Positions 9,641-20,504 of a stretch of DNA of 64,000 nucleotides are shown piece after piece (position 1 is the stretch's first letter; each line of letters begins with the position of its first letter). Position numbers and translations under genes: made by a program. The notes under the pieces are model-generated. The model was not told where the DNA came from and did no database searches. It saw nothing but the letters and a program-made list of their open reading frames with translations. The stretch is taken from the NCBI GenBank assembly GCA_044355655.1, contig JBIKXS010000008.1, positions 23,054-87,053 on the forward strand. Direction: 5' to 3'. The DNA is from Burkholderiaceae bacterium (GTDB lineage Bacteria > Pseudomonadota > Gammaproteobacteria > Burkholderiales > Burkholderiaceae_E).

Positions 9641-10101
9641 AGCCAACGCTTGCGAGCCTCCTCGTCTGAGGCTCGCGCTTGCACCCAGCGAGATTGCTCG
9701 GCAACTTGCTCCTTTTTCCAGAACGGGGCTTCTGTTTTCAAAAAATCCATCACAAACTGACAGGATTCAAAAGCGTCCTGCCGATGCGCACTTGCCGTCA
9801 GCACAGCGACGATTTGATCAAGTGGCCTGAGTAAACCCACGCGATGTACGATTGAAACTGCCTCAAGCTTCCATCGCGAAACCGCCTGTTGAGCGATAAG
9901 TTCGAGACTATGTTCAGTCATACCAGGGTAATGTTCTAAAAACATCGAGCTTACCGAATCGCCATCATTCACATCCCTCACCGTACCAACAAAGCAGGCA
10001 ATCGCACCGATTTGAGGCTTAGCCTCGCGCAGCCTCGCCATCAAGTCATCAAGCTTAAAGTCCTCTTGCTGAACAAGCACACGAATTGCTGCAACGGCCA
10101 T
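9637..10101 (-). CDS. moaE: molybdopterin synthase catalytic subunit MoaE
   Basis: 154 aa containing GAIACFVGTVRD...HYPGM...WKKE motifs. It sits downstream of moaD. Confidence 0.85.
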   Translation of the reverse strand: MAVAAIRVLVQQEDFKLDDLMARLREAKPQIGAIACFVGTVRDVNDGDSVSSMFLEHYPGMTEHSLELIAQQAVSRWKLEAVSIVHRVGLLRPLDQIVAVLTASAHRQDAFESCQFVMDFLKTEAPFWKKEQVAEQSRWVQARASDEEARKRWL

Positions 10102-10103
10102 GA

Positions 10104-10361
10104 TCAGCCACCAGTCACAGGCGGGAAAAACGCGACTTCTGCCTGATCCTGCAAGGGCGCACTAGCCTTTACAAGTTCTTGATTGATCGCAGCGCGCAAT
10201 GCTTTATCGGCAGCAAAAGCATCCGCCCAGACAGGGCCCCGAGCAGCCAGAAATTCGCGCAATCCCTTCAAATCCTTGATGTGGGCAGGCAGCTCGATCG
10301 TCTCAGCTTCCATACCGAGCGTCTCACGAAGCGATGCGAAATAACGCATATGCAAAAGCAT
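10104..10361 (-). CDS. moaD: molybdopterin synthase sulfur carrier subunit MoaD
   Basis: 85 aa ending in FFPPVTGG (C-terminal Gly-Gly). The start overlaps the moeA stop (TAATG); an alternative ATG lies at 10349. Confidence 0.85.
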   Translation of the reverse strand: MLLHMRYFASLRETLGMEAETIELPAHIKDLKGLREFLAARGPVWADAFAADKALRAAINQELVKASAPLQDQAEVAFFPPVTGG

Positions 10362-11569
10362 TAAAGCTCACCGTACCAATGATTGAAACTGTAATAGGGA
10401 ATTAAATCACCGTTTTTTATTGGCCTGTTGGGCTCTATTTCAGCCAGACCTTCACCCCATACCGTTGAGGTGAGCACACCAGAGCTTTGATTTGGAAACT
10501 TTTCTAAACCACCCTCAGCATTCACGCGAACCCGCAAAAACTCGCGTCGCTTATCGGGCTTGGGCCAGTCGAAATCTGTGCGCATTGGTAGCGCCTTCAT
10601 CGCCCAGTCGCGTTGGCCTTGGAGTTTCAGAATAAAAGGCTGAACAAACAGCAAAAAAGTAACAAAACTCGACACAGGATTGCCGGGCAGTCCGATAAAG
10701 TGCGCTTCCCGTGTGGGTCGAATGATCTTGCCCCAGGCAAGAGGCTTACCTGGTTTAATTGCAATTTGCCAGGCACGCAATACACCTTCGGCTTCAACAG
10801 CCGGTTTGACGTGATCCTCTTCCCCAACTGACATGCCACCCGAAGTTACGATCAAATCGCAACGATCGGCAGCATCGCGCAGGGCAGCGCGTGTTTGCTC
10901 GAGTTTGTCAGCAATAATGCCAAGATCCTCCACCTCACACCCGAGTCGCCTGAGCATGTTGACCAAAACAAATCGATTCGAATTATAGATCGATCCAGGT
11001 CTCAGTGGCTCACCGGGCATCGCCAGTTCATCGCCAGTAAAAAAGCATCCTACTCTGACCCTCCGGTAGACCTGTAGTTTTGCTAAACCTACTGAGGCTG
11101 CAAGCCCCAAAGCCTGCGGTGTTAGGCGTTCGCCTTTCTCAAGGATGCGAGCCCCAGCACGAATATCCTCGCCAGCGCGGCGAATCCATTCACCACGTTG
11201 CGGTTGATGCAGGATGAATACTTGATCGCCTTCAACTTGGACTTGTTCTTGCATGACCACCGCATCGGCACCTTGAGGGATGAATGCGCCGGTAAACACA
11301 CGAGCGACGGTCCCCTTTTCGAGTGCCCTGGCAAGATGGCCTGCCGGGATACGCTGGCTGACCTCAAATGCCCGGCCAGGCTTTAAATCGTCGATATTTA
11401 AAGCATAACCATCCATTTGGGTATTATCCATTGGAGGCACGTTCATGCCCGAGATCTGATCACATGCGAGCACGCGCCCGTCAGCTTCAATCGTGTCGAT
11501 CGATAGCTTCTCCTGCACCGGCTCCGCAAGCGCAAGCAATTGCGCCAAGGCCTCCTGCAAACTTAGCAT
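10361..11569 (-). CDS. moeA: molybdopterin molybdotransferase MoeA
   Basis: 402 aa with MoeA N/linker, MoCF-biosynthesis (TSGGMSVGEEDH) and C-terminal domains. Confidence 0.9.
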   Translation of the reverse strand: MLSLQEALAQLLALAEPVQEKLSIDTIEADGRVLACDQISGMNVPPMDNTQMDGYALNIDDLKPGRAFEVSQRIPAGHLARALEKGTVARVFTGAFIPQGADAVVMQEQVQVEGDQVFILHQPQRGEWIRRAGEDIRAGARILEKGERLTPQALGLAASVGLAKLQVYRRVRVGCFFTGDELAMPGEPLRPGSIYNSNRFVLVNMLRRLGCEVEDLGIIADKLEQTRAALRDAADRCDLIVTSGGMSVGEEDHVKPAVEAEGVLRAWQIAIKPGKPLAWGKIIRPTREAHFIGLPGNPVSSFVTFLLFVQPFILKLQGQRDWAMKALPMRTDFDWPKPDKRREFLRVRVNAEGGLEKFPNQSSGVLTSTVWGEGLAEIEPNRPIKNGDLIPYYSFNHWYGEL

Positions 11570-11580
11570 TTGGTCAGCCC

Positions 11581-13029
11581 TTAACGCGCAGGCGCATTGC
11601 TGCGAATGTAAGTTTTAAGCAATGCCAGATCCCTTGGCATCCGACAAAAGCGCTGGGCACGTTGCGGCAGGTGCTGAAAAGCTGAGGGCACAGGCGGTGC
11701 AATGCCAAGTGCTTCGACAATGGTATCGGCGAATTTTGCAGGCTGAGCGGTTTCGAGGCAAATCATCGGAATACCCGCTTCTGTATAGTCTTTACAGACT
11801 GCAAGACCGTCCGCGGTATGAGGATCAATCACTTCGTTGTAGCGGGCATAAACCTCTTTAATGGTTTCAATTCTTAAGCCATGTGAACTCGACCCAGACA
11901 CCATACCAAATCGCTCAAGCTGGGTTTGCCAGCGTTGGTCGCTCGATACATCGAAATAGCCCTGTTCATCGACCTGAGTCCATAAGTGACGAGTTTCATC
12001 AGGGTTTCGGTCAAGAAGGTCAAACATATAGCGTTCAAAATTTGAAGCCTTTGAGATATCCATCGAAGGCGAGCTTGTCTGTCGGGTCTCGTGGCTCAAA
12101 CGAGGGCGATATCGCCCTGTTCTAAAAAATTCGTCAAGCACATTGTTTTCGTTGGTCGCAAGCACAAGACGCCGAATCGGCAAACCCATCTGCCTTGCGA
12201 TATGGCCGGCCAGAATATTGCCAAAATTGCCTGAAGGAACGCAAAAAGAAACTTCGGGAGGCTTCGCTGATCCGCCTTCACGGTCTGCCATTGCAGATGT
12301 TGTCGCAGCAAAATAGCCTTTGAAATAGTAAACAACTTGCGCAAGTACGCGGGCCCAATTAATCGAATTAACGGTTCCGATCGCGTAGCGGTCCTTAAAG
12401 GCTAAATCGGCAGAGACCGCCTTAACCAAGTCCTGCGCATCGTCAAAAACACCATCTAGTGCGATATTAAAAATGTTTTGATCTAACAAAGAAAACATCT
12501 GCGCAGTTTGAAAGGCGCTCATTTTTCCATGCGGAGAAAGCATAAAAACCCGTACGCCGCGTTTGCCACGCATCGCATATTCAGCAGCGCTGCCGGTGTC
12601 GCCTGAGGTGGCGCCGAGAATATTCAGATGTTCGCCACGCTTAAGTAAAACATACTCAAACAAATTGCCGAGCAATTGCATGGCAATATCTTTAAATGCA
12701 AGCGTTGGCCCGTTGGAAAGCCTTAGTAAATAGCGTTGCTCATCGAGCCGCGTTAGCGGCGTGACCTCACGTGAGCCAAAGGCCATTAAGGTATAGCTTT
12801 TGTCAATGAGCGCACGAAGGCTACTCTCGGGCCAGTCCGTTACATAAAGCCTTAGAATCTCGAAGGCGAGCTCGGCATAAGATAAATGACGCCAGGACTC
12901 GATCAGCGACGCGTCGCAACGGGGGTAGGATTCGGGCACCACCAAACCACCGTCCGGCGCCAAGCCCCCAAGAAGAATCGATTCAAAACTGCTTGGCGTT
13001 AAGCCGCCGCGGGTAGAGATATAGCGCAT
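11581..13029 (-). CDS. thrC: threonine synthase
   Basis: 482 aa, MRYISTRGG..., with the PLP lysine motif GPTLAFKD. It sits downstream of hom. Confidence 0.92.
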   Translation of the reverse strand: MRYISTRGGLTPSSFESILLGGLAPDGGLVVPESYPRCDASLIESWRHLSYAELAFEILRLYVTDWPESSLRALIDKSYTLMAFGSREVTPLTRLDEQRYLLRLSNGPTLAFKDIAMQLLGNLFEYVLLKRGEHLNILGATSGDTGSAAEYAMRGKRGVRVFMLSPHGKMSAFQTAQMFSLLDQNIFNIALDGVFDDAQDLVKAVSADLAFKDRYAIGTVNSINWARVLAQVVYYFKGYFAATTSAMADREGGSAKPPEVSFCVPSGNFGNILAGHIARQMGLPIRRLVLATNENNVLDEFFRTGRYRPRLSHETRQTSSPSMDISKASNFERYMFDLLDRNPDETRHLWTQVDEQGYFDVSSDQRWQTQLERFGMVSGSSSHGLRIETIKEVYARYNEVIDPHTADGLAVCKDYTEAGIPMICLETAQPAKFADTIVEALGIAPPVPSAFQHLPQRAQRFCRMPRDLALLKTYIRSNAPAR

Positions 13030-13032
13030 GGC

Positions 13033-14343
13033 TTAATCGAGATCCTCAAGACGCAAACGAATTGCCGAAGACAACACCGTAGGCAAGGCTTCAATCAGCG
13101 CGATCGCTTTGTCGACTGCCGATTCGATACATCGGTGGGTGAGCAGAATCACATCGGTTTGATGCTCACCCGCGTCTGGCTCACGTTGCAAAACCGCGTC
13201 AAGCGATATACCGCTGTCGGCCAGTATCCGGGTGATATCGGCCAGCACACCGGGTTGGTCCTCAACCCGCAGTCTTAAGTAGTAGGCCGATTCAATCTGC
13301 TCTCTCGGTAACACCGCGGTATCCATCACAGCATTGGCTTGGAAAGCCAGACTAGGCACGCGGAGTGCTGCGGGCACAGCGTGAGCACGGGCGACATCGA
13401 CAAGATCAGCAATCACTGCCGAAGCGGTTGGTTCAGCCCCTGCGCCTTTTCCGTAGTACATCGTGTGGCCAACAGCATCAGCCTTCACCCAGACGGCGTT
13501 CATGGCACCTTCCACTGAGGCGATTAATCGCTTAGCAGGAATAAGGCTGGGGTGAACCCTTAACTCAACACCCTCAGGACGACGGCGCGTGATACCGAGC
13601 AGCTTGATTCGATAACCAAGTTGCTCTGCATAACGGATATCTTCTGCCTGTAACTGGGTGATGCCCTCGACATAGGCCTTATCGAACTGGACCGGGATGC
13701 CAAAGGCAATCGAAGCAAGTAGGCTGATCTTATGGCCGGCATCAATGCCCTCAATATCGAAGGTCGGATCGGCCTCAGCATAACCAAGTGCTTGTGCCTG
13801 CTTTAATGCTTCGGCAAATGGCAAAGCCTTTTCTCGCATCTCCGACAGAATAAAGTTGGTCGTGCCGTTGATAATGCCTGCGATCCACTCGATGCGATTC
13901 GCTGTCAAACCCTCACGCAAGGCCTTAATAATCGGTATGCCGCCTGCAACTGCAGCCTCAAAGGCAACAATGACTGCATGTTTTCGGGCTGCCGCAAAGA
14001 TCTCATCGCCATGGATAGCGAGCAGTGCCTTATTCGCTGTGACGACATGCTTACCCTGCTCGATAGCGGCAATCACCAAGCTTTTAGCAAGCCCGTAGCC
14101 ACCGATTAACTCGACCACCACATCAATGGCAGGATCGTTAACGATTGAGAAGGCATCGTCGCAAACCTCGGCACGTCCGTCCACGATGCTTCGAGCGCGT
14201 TCTTGGTCCTTGTCAGCGACCCTGGTGATTCGGATCTCACAACCGGCACGACGCGTGATTTCATGCTGATTTCGCCACAGCACCTCGAAACTGCCCCCAC
14301 CGACGGTACCAATGCCAAGCAGACCAACACGAAGATTTTTCAT
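13033..14343 (-). CDS. hom: homoserine dehydrogenase
   Basis: 436 aa with an N-terminal GLLGIGTVGGG Rossmann motif and a C-terminal ACT domain. Confidence 0.92.
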   Translation of the reverse strand: MKNLRVGLLGIGTVGGGSFEVLWRNQHEITRRAGCEIRITRVADKDQERARSIVDGRAEVCDDAFSIVNDPAIDVVVELIGGYGLAKSLVIAAIEQGKHVVTANKALLAIHGDEIFAAARKHAVIVAFEAAVAGGIPIIKALREGLTANRIEWIAGIINGTTNFILSEMREKALPFAEALKQAQALGYAEADPTFDIEGIDAGHKISLLASIAFGIPVQFDKAYVEGITQLQAEDIRYAEQLGYRIKLLGITRRRPEGVELRVHPSLIPAKRLIASVEGAMNAVWVKADAVGHTMYYGKGAGAEPTASAVIADLVDVARAHAVPAALRVPSLAFQANAVMDTAVLPREQIESAYYLRLRVEDQPGVLADITRILADSGISLDAVLQREPDAGEHQTDVILLTHRCIESAVDKAIALIEALPTVLSSAIRLRLEDLD

Positions 14344-14371
14344 CCTGACTTCCTATGTCCTGACAGCCTAA

Positions 14372-15607
14372 TTACTGCAACTCACCGCGCAAAAGTTCGC
14401 GAATGCCGCGCACGGCTTGACGAATACGCTGTTCATTTTCGATCAAGGCAAAGCGTACATACTCATTGCCCAATTCGCCAAAGCCAATACCCGGGGAAAC
14501 CGCGACTTTGGCTTCCCGCAGCAGCCGCTTTGCAAATTCCAGCGACCCCTCGGCCCGAAAAGCTTCCGGGATTCGCGCCCAGATATACATCGACGCCTTG
14601 GGCAGTTCCACCTGCCATCCGGCCTCATTCAAACCTTTGCCAAGTACATCGCGCCGCATGCGGTACTTGGCGCAAACTTCGTGGACGCATTCCTGGGGAC
14701 CATCAAGCGCTGCGATGGATGCGACCTGAATCGGCGTGAATGCACCGTAATCGTGGTAACTTTTAATACGAGCAAGCGCGGCGATCATGTCAGCATTACC
14801 AACCATGAAGCCAATTCGCCAGCCAGCCATGTTGTAGCTCTTGCTCATGGTGAAGGATTCAACCGCGACTTCACGGGCGCCAGGAACCTCGAGTATTGAT
14901 GGGGCCCGATAACCGTCAAAAACAATGTCGGCATAGGCGAGGTCGTGAACAATCATCACGTTGAATTCATGCGCAAGCGCAACGACCTTCTCAAAGAATG
15001 GAAGATCGACGCACTGCGCGGTTGGATTACTTGGAAAACCAAGAATCATGAGTTTGGGCTTTTTAGCCGCGCTCCGAAGACTTTGTTCGAGTTCGCCCAG
15101 GAAATCGACTCCGGGCAGCATCGGCACCGAAACTGTTTCTGCGCCTGCAATCACCGCGCCGTATATATGGATGGGGTAGCTAGGGTTTGGCACGATGACG
15201 GTGTCGCCACGGTCAAGCGTTGCAAGCATCAAATGGGCAAGGCCCTCCTTTGAGCCGATCGTCACGATTGCTTCGGTTTCCGGATCGACGATAACTTCGT
15301 AACGGCGCGCGTACCAATCGGCGATCGCCTTGCGAAGCCTCGGTATACCTCGTGACACCGAATAGCCATGGGTGTGAGGTTTTTGTGAGGCCTCAACGAG
15401 CTTGTCGATGATGTGATGAGGCGTTGCCCCATCCGGATCGCCCATGCTGAGGTCGATAATGTCCTCGCCGCGACGGCGAGCAGCCATCTTTAGCTCGCCG
15501 GTGATGTTGAATACATAAGGCGGCAGGCGCTGGATACGCGAAAATTCCCAAGAAGGCGTCATGATGGTCGGACTAAGGAGCTGTTCTAGAGCCGGGGAAT
15601 GTAACAT
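14372..15607 (-). CDS. PLP-dependent aminotransferase class I/II (AlaC-like)
   Basis: 411 aa with FSRIQRLPPYVF, NPSYP, GFPSNPT and the SKSYNMAGWRIG lysine motif. An alternative start lies at 15562. Confidence 0.85.
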   Translation of the reverse strand: MLHSPALEQLLSPTIMTPSWEFSRIQRLPPYVFNITGELKMAARRRGEDIIDLSMGDPDGATPHHIIDKLVEASQKPHTHGYSVSRGIPRLRKAIADWYARRYEVIVDPETEAIVTIGSKEGLAHLMLATLDRGDTVIVPNPSYPIHIYGAVIAGAETVSVPMLPGVDFLGELEQSLRSAAKKPKLMILGFPSNPTAQCVDLPFFEKVVALAHEFNVMIVHDLAYADIVFDGYRAPSILEVPGAREVAVESFTMSKSYNMAGWRIGFMVGNADMIAALARIKSYHDYGAFTPIQVASIAALDGPQECVHEVCAKYRMRRDVLGKGLNEAGWQVELPKASMYIWARIPEAFRAEGSLEFAKRLLREAKVAVSPGIGFGELGNEYVRFALIENEQRIRQAVRGIRELLRGELQ

Positions 15608-15639
15608 TTCCGTATGAATCTATCCGGCATCATTCGCTT

Positions 15640-16017
15640 ATGAAACTTCAAGAACATCAGGCAGCATCCTTACATACAATTACCGCTTACGGAGAAACCT
15701 GGATCGCGGTCAACAATCAGACCACGGAGGGTAGTCTTCTTGTCATGCCAGAGGGCATGCTGCAAGCCTGGCGCCCAAGGCAATGGCAAGACATTGCCGC
15801 CGAAGACTTTCAACTCATGATCGAGGCCAAACCTGATCTGGTGATTCTTGGGACCGGCGCCCAACAGCGCTTTTTACACCCAAGACTTGCAAGTCAAATC
15901 GCCACGCGAGGCATCGGTCTTGAATGTATGGCCACGCCCGCAGCTTGCAGAACCTACAACATTCTGATGGCTGAAGGCCGCAAAGTTTTGGCAGCGCTTT
16001 TGCCCATGGACGCTTAA
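15640..16017 (+). CDS. Mth938-like (DUF498) domain protein
   Basis: 125 aa. The pattern ...VILGTGAQQRFLHP...GIGLECMATPAACRTYNILMAEGRKV is typical of this family. Confidence 0.65.
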   Translation: MKLQEHQAASLHTITAYGETWIAVNNQTTEGSLLVMPEGMLQAWRPRQWQDIAAEDFQLMIEAKPDLVILGTGAQQRFLHPRLASQIATRGIGLECMATPAACRTYNILMAEGRKVLAALLPMDA

Positions 16018-16155
16018 ATGCGATGGCGACAAAACTTAAACCAAGACAGCCGCTTTTTTCTAACCGGCCCTTTTACAAGACAGCCGTTTTTTATCTGCTC
16101 TCCCATCCATTAGCCTATTTCTTAATCAGCACCTTTCTCGCGAGCCATCCAAAGC

Positions 16156-16626
16156 ATGTCTGAAATACAAAACCCCACCCTCGGGCAAACCATAAGTCCC
16201 TTTGAGGCTGATTCCACGGCAGGCCGCTTTTGCTTGGCCGATCTCACGCAAACCCTTGTGCTTTACTTTTATCCCAAAGACAACACCCCAGGCTGTACAA
16301 CCCAAAGCATGGATTTTCGCGATCAACATGCTGCGTTTGTGAGTGCTTCAGCGATTGTCATCGGCGTGTCCCGTGATTCGCTTAAATCTCATGAAAATTT
16401 CAAGAAAAAATATGAACTGCCGTTTGCCCTGATTTCCGATCCAAGCGAAGCGCTTTGCACCCAGTTTGGCGTGATGAAAAACAAGATGATGTACGGCAAA
16501 GCAGTGCGCGGTATCGAGCGCTCGACCTTTGTGATCGACAAAAGCGGTACGGTCCTCAAGTTGTGGCGTGGAGTCAAGATTCCCGGCCATGTCAACGAGG
16601 TCCTCGAGTTTGTAAAGACGATTTAA
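16156..16626 (+). CDS. bcp: thioredoxin-dependent peroxiredoxin Bcp
   Basis: 156 aa with the YFYPKDNTPGCTTQ peroxidatic Cys motif. Confidence 0.9.
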   Translation: MSEIQNPTLGQTISPFEADSTAGRFCLADLTQTLVLYFYPKDNTPGCTTQSMDFRDQHAAFVSASAIVIGVSRDSLKSHENFKKKYELPFALISDPSEALCTQFGVMKNKMMYGKAVRGIERSTFVIDKSGTVLKLWRGVKIPGHVNEVLEFVKTI

Positions 16627-16659
16627 CTGAGTAAGCAAACCCTTCCTGTAAGAAAACCC

Positions 16660-18474
16660 ATGCCGCTACCACCTGCCCCACGCAAACCAGCCACACTTAT
16701 TGATTTGGAAACGGTCGCCAAGCAGCGTACCCAAGGAGCCCGCAAGAAAACAACGCTAGCAAGTCCAATGCCGACCCTTGCCAGTCCGGTTGCGGATACC
16801 GATGCACAGACGCAAATCGATGACAGGCCCATGGTGGTCGCTAAGTCATCGGGACCAAGGCCAGGTGACCATGTGCACGACATGCAGGCTTTGATTGAAC
16901 CATCGACAGGGGCGCGTATGAATGTGCAAACGGTGATTGACGCTGGCCTTGGGTCCACGCAGGAGGCGATTGAGGCAAAAGGACGATCTGCTGAAATCGT
17001 GGACGAAGCGGATTCACCGCTTGCGCAGCAACTCTCAAGAAACATCGCGAACAGCAAAACATCGAGCAACAGGCGCAAGAAGGCCAAATCAAGTGCAAGT
17101 CGCTTGTTTGTGCTCGACACCAATGTGCTGCTGCACGACCCGTCGAGCCTTTTTCGATTCGATGAGCATGATGTCTACCTGCCGATGGTCACGCTCGAAG
17201 AGCTTGATGCGCACAAAAAGGGGATGTCTGAGGTCTCTCGTCATGCCAGACAAATCAGTCGAAGCCTCGATCAACTCATGCAAGCCTCGGGTAGTGATCC
17301 GGCACTTGGCATGTCGCTCGATGCCCTAGGTAATACAGAAGCGAGCGGCAAGCTTTTGATTCAAACCCAAGGCTTGAAGTTTGATTTGCCAGCGGGACTG
17401 CCTGAAGGCAAAGCTGATAATCAGATTCTCGGCGTCGTAAAAAGCCTCCAGGCCTCTCGAACTGACCGGCAAGTTGTCCTGGTATCCAAAGACATCAACA
17501 TGCGCATCAAGGCGCGGGCACTTGGACTGATTGCCGAGGACTATCTCAACGATCAGGTGCTCGAAGACACCGACCTGTTGTACTCAGGGATGACCGCCCT
17601 GCCCGCAGATTTCTGGGAAAGCCATGGCAAAGGGATCGAATCCTGGCAGCAAACCGGATACACCTACTATCGCATTCAAGGGCCACTGGTTCCCTCTTTG
17701 CGCGTGAATGAGTATGTTTACATTGAGGGCACCCAGGCGCTGCATGCCATTGTTCGGGAAATTGTAGGCAGACGAGCTGTTTTGCAAACGCTTCGCGATT
17801 ACGGTCATCCCAAACACGCCGTCTGGGGCATAACCGCACGTAACCGTGAGCAGAACTTTGCGATGAATCTGCTCATGGACCCTCAGGTTGACTTTGTGTC
17901 CCTACTCGGACAGGCAGGAACAGGCAAGACACTGCTTGCACTTGCCGCAGGGCTTGAGCAAGTCATTGAGGCCAGACGTTATAGCGAAATCATCATGACA
18001 CGCGCAACAGTGCCGGTTGGCGAGGATATTGGCTACCTGCCTGGCACTGAAGAGGAAAAAATGCAACCCTGGATGGGCGCGCTTGAAGACAATCTTGAGG
18101 TGCTCAATAAGGGCGATAGCAGTTCAAGCCAATGGGAACGTTCGAGCACCCAAGATCTAATTCGCAGTCGGGTTAAGGTAAAAGCGATGTCCTTCATGCG
18201 GGGGCGAACCTTTGTGAATAAATTCTTGATCGTTGATGAAGCGCAAAACCTCACTCCCAAACAAATGAAAACGCTAATCACAAGAGCTGGCCCGGGTACG
18301 AAGGTGATTTGCATGGGCAATATTGCCCAGATCGACACGCCATACCTTACTGAAGGTTCATCGGGTCTGACCTACGTAGTCGATCGTTTTAAAGGCTGGA
18401 GCCATGCCGGGCATATCACCTTGCAACGCGGAGAGCGTTCAAGACTCGCAGATTTTGCATCGGAAGCGCTTTAA
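16660..18474 (+). CDS. PhoH-family ATPase with an N-terminal PIN domain (YlaK-like)
   Basis: 604 aa with a low-complexity N-terminus, a PIN region (LFVLDTNVLLHDP...LPMVTLEELD) and a Walker A (GQAGTGKT) in the PhoH core. Confidence 0.85.
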   Translation: MPLPPAPRKPATLIDLETVAKQRTQGARKKTTLASPMPTLASPVADTDAQTQIDDRPMVVAKSSGPRPGDHVHDMQALIEPSTGARMNVQTVIDAGLGSTQEAIEAKGRSAEIVDEADSPLAQQLSRNIANSKTSSNRRKKAKSSASRLFVLDTNVLLHDPSSLFRFDEHDVYLPMVTLEELDAHKKGMSEVSRHARQISRSLDQLMQASGSDPALGMSLDALGNTEASGKLLIQTQGLKFDLPAGLPEGKADNQILGVVKSLQASRTDRQVVLVSKDINMRIKARALGLIAEDYLNDQVLEDTDLLYSGMTALPADFWESHGKGIESWQQTGYTYYRIQGPLVPSLRVNEYVYIEGTQALHAIVREIVGRRAVLQTLRDYGHPKHAVWGITARNREQNFAMNLLMDPQVDFVSLLGQAGTGKTLLALAAGLEQVIEARRYSEIIMTRATVPVGEDIGYLPGTEEEKMQPWMGALEDNLEVLNKGDSSSSQWERSSTQDLIRSRVKVKAMSFMRGRTFVNKFLIVDEAQNLTPKQMKTLITRAGPGTKVICMGNIAQIDTPYLTEGSSGLTYVVDRFKGWSHAGHITLQRGERSRLADFASEAL

Positions 18475-18574
18475 GCATTAAAGGGCTTTCCGTTTACGTG
18501 GAGCTTAGCTTAGTTGCAGCACGATGATCAGTTGAAGCGTATTGGTCGGAAGCGCAATGATGGCCTGGGCCAGA

Positions 18575-19945
18575 TCATCCCATGCTGCTATAGTTTTCAA
18601 ACTTGGTGTACTTGCCAAGAAAGGTCAGGCGAACGGTTCCAATTGGACCATTTCGCTGCTTACCGATGATGATTTCAGCGGTTCCTTTTTCAGGCGAATC
18701 TGGGTTATACACTTCATCACGATAAATAAAGATTATTACATCGGCGTCTTGCTCAATAGCGCCAGATTCCCGTAGGTCTGACATCACCGGACGTTTATTC
18801 GGTCGTTGCTCGAGCGATCGATTCAACTGCGAGAGCGCTATAACCGGACATTGCAATTCTTTGGCAAGACCTTTAAGTGATCGCGAAATCTCACTGATTT
18901 CAGTCGCTCGATTCTCACCCGCAGCAGAAGCCGAAGACATCAACTGAATGTAATCGATAATCACCAAACCGAGTTGCCCACACTGCCGGGAAAGCTTGCG
19001 CGCTCGGGAGCGTAATTCAAGCGCGTTCAAGCTTGGTGTCTCATCGATATAAAGTTGAGAATCTTGCATTTTTTGAATCGCATTGGTCAAACGCGGCCAA
19101 TCGTCATCGACTAGCTGGCCGGTACGAACACGTTGCTGATCCAGGCGCCCTACCGAACAGACCATCCTCATCGCCAATTGGGTTGCGCCCATTTCCATCG
19201 AAAAAACCGCAACTGGGAGGCTTTGATCAACCGCCACATGCTCGCCAATGTTTAGCGAGAATGCTGTTTTTCCCATCGACGGTCGGCCTGCGACAATGAC
19301 CAGATCGCCCGGCTGAAAACCCGAGGTCATCTTGTCGAGATCACTAAACCCCGTAGGCACTCCTGTTATACCGCTATGATTACTTTGATCATAAAGTTGC
19401 CCAATTCGATCGACCACTTGGCTGAGCAAATCGGGTAGTGACTGAAATCCGCTGCGACCCCGAGCACCCTCTTCATTGATGTTGAAAATCTTGGATTCGG
19501 CCTCATCAAGCAAAGTCCGGGTATCTTTCCCCTGAGGATTGAGCGCTTGATTGGCGATGTCGTCTGCAACAGCAATGAGTCTGCGCAGGATCGCCCGATC
19601 GCGAACGATCTCGGCATAGCGACGGATATTGGCCGCACTCGGCGTATCCTGTGCAAGGCGATTCAGATAGATGAGTCCGCCAACGTCTTCCGCCTTGCCG
19701 ATCGTGCTCAACGACTCATGAACAGTCACCACATCAGCGGGCTGATTCTTATCAATGAGCGAGGCAATCGCAACATAGATTTGTCGGTGATCGCCCCGAT
19801 AAAAGTCGTTAGCCCTTAAGAGATCGGCAACCCGATCAAAGGCTGTGTTGTCCAGCAGCAAGCCGCCGATGACGGCTTGCTCTGCCTCCAATGACTGAGG
19901 AGGCAGCCGCAGCTGGCTCAACTCGGGATCGCGGGGTGATTCCAC
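18575..19945 (-). CDS. dnaB: replicative DNA helicase DnaB
   Basis: 456 aa with PPQSLEAEQAVIGGLL and the Walker A GRPSMGKT. There is no intein-sized insertion. Confidence 0.95.
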   Translation of the reverse strand: MESPRDPELSQLRLPPQSLEAEQAVIGGLLLDNTAFDRVADLLRANDFYRGDHRQIYVAIASLIDKNQPADVVTVHESLSTIGKAEDVGGLIYLNRLAQDTPSAANIRRYAEIVRDRAILRRLIAVADDIANQALNPQGKDTRTLLDEAESKIFNINEEGARGRSGFQSLPDLLSQVVDRIGQLYDQSNHSGITGVPTGFSDLDKMTSGFQPGDLVIVAGRPSMGKTAFSLNIGEHVAVDQSLPVAVFSMEMGATQLAMRMVCSVGRLDQQRVRTGQLVDDDWPRLTNAIQKMQDSQLYIDETPSLNALELRSRARKLSRQCGQLGLVIIDYIQLMSSASAAGENRATEISEISRSLKGLAKELQCPVIALSQLNRSLEQRPNKRPVMSDLRESGAIEQDADVIIFIYRDEVYNPDSPEKGTAEIIIGKQRNGPIGTVRLTFLGKYTKFENYSSMG

Positions 19946-19961
19946 GGCGATGATTTGCTTC

Positions 19962-20001
19962 TCAAAAGGCCAGGTGAGCCCAGGTAATGCCTGGCCTCAC
20001 C
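19962..20001 (-). terminator. stem-loop plus short T-tract between rplI and dnaB (terminator or attenuator)
   Basis: The minus-strand RNA reads GGUGAGGCCAGG-CAUUA-CCUGGGCUCACC (12-bp stem, one mismatch) followed by UGGCCUUUUGAG. Confidence 0.4.
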
Positions 20002-20028
20002 GCATTGCTTCATGCAACTCGCCGAGGA

Positions 20029-20481
20029 TTAATGCGTCTCGCCGAGCACCGAGACTTTGATCGCTGAAAGCACATCGCTGTGTAAAGCGATTTCCACATC
20101 ATGATCGCCAATGGTCTTAATCGGACCATTTGGAAGACGGACCATGGCTTTTTCAACCTGAAAGCCCTGCTTCTTGAGCGCCTCTGCAATGTCGAAATTA
20201 GTAACAGAGCCGAATAAACGTCCATCGACCCCAGCCTTTTCGGTCATCTGCAGGCTTAGTCCCGAAAGACGCTCGTCTTCGCGTCTGGCTTGTGCTAAAC
20301 GATCTGCCTGAACCTTTTCCAACTCAGCACGACGCGCCTCAAATTCAGCGATTGCCGCCTGAGTGGCTCGTCTGGCTTTACCCTGAGGAATCAGAAAATT
20401 ACGCGCATAACCGTCCTTGACCTTCACGACGTCGCCAAGTTGGCCCAGGTTAACAACCTTCTCGAGCAAGATGATTTGCAT
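20029..20481 (-). CDS. rplI: 50S ribosomal protein L9
   Basis: 150 aa, [32 protein letters not shown]. Confidence 0.97.
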   Translation of the reverse strand: MQIILLEKVVNLGQLGDVVKVKDGYARNFLIPQGKARRATQAAIAEFEARRAELEKVQADRLAQARREDERLSGLSLQMTEKAGVDGRLFGSVTNFDIAEALKKQGFQVEKAMVRLPNGPIKTIGDHDVEIALHSDVLSAIKVSVLGETH

Positions 20482-20504
20482 AACAATACTCCTTCTTGTT
20501 GCGA

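Noticed and set aside
16042-16092. Direct repeat caagacagccg(c)tttttt x2 after the Mth938-like gene, considered as twin terminators
   Set aside because: The T-runs are not preceded by a convincing GC-rich stem. It is noted as another short direct repeat only.
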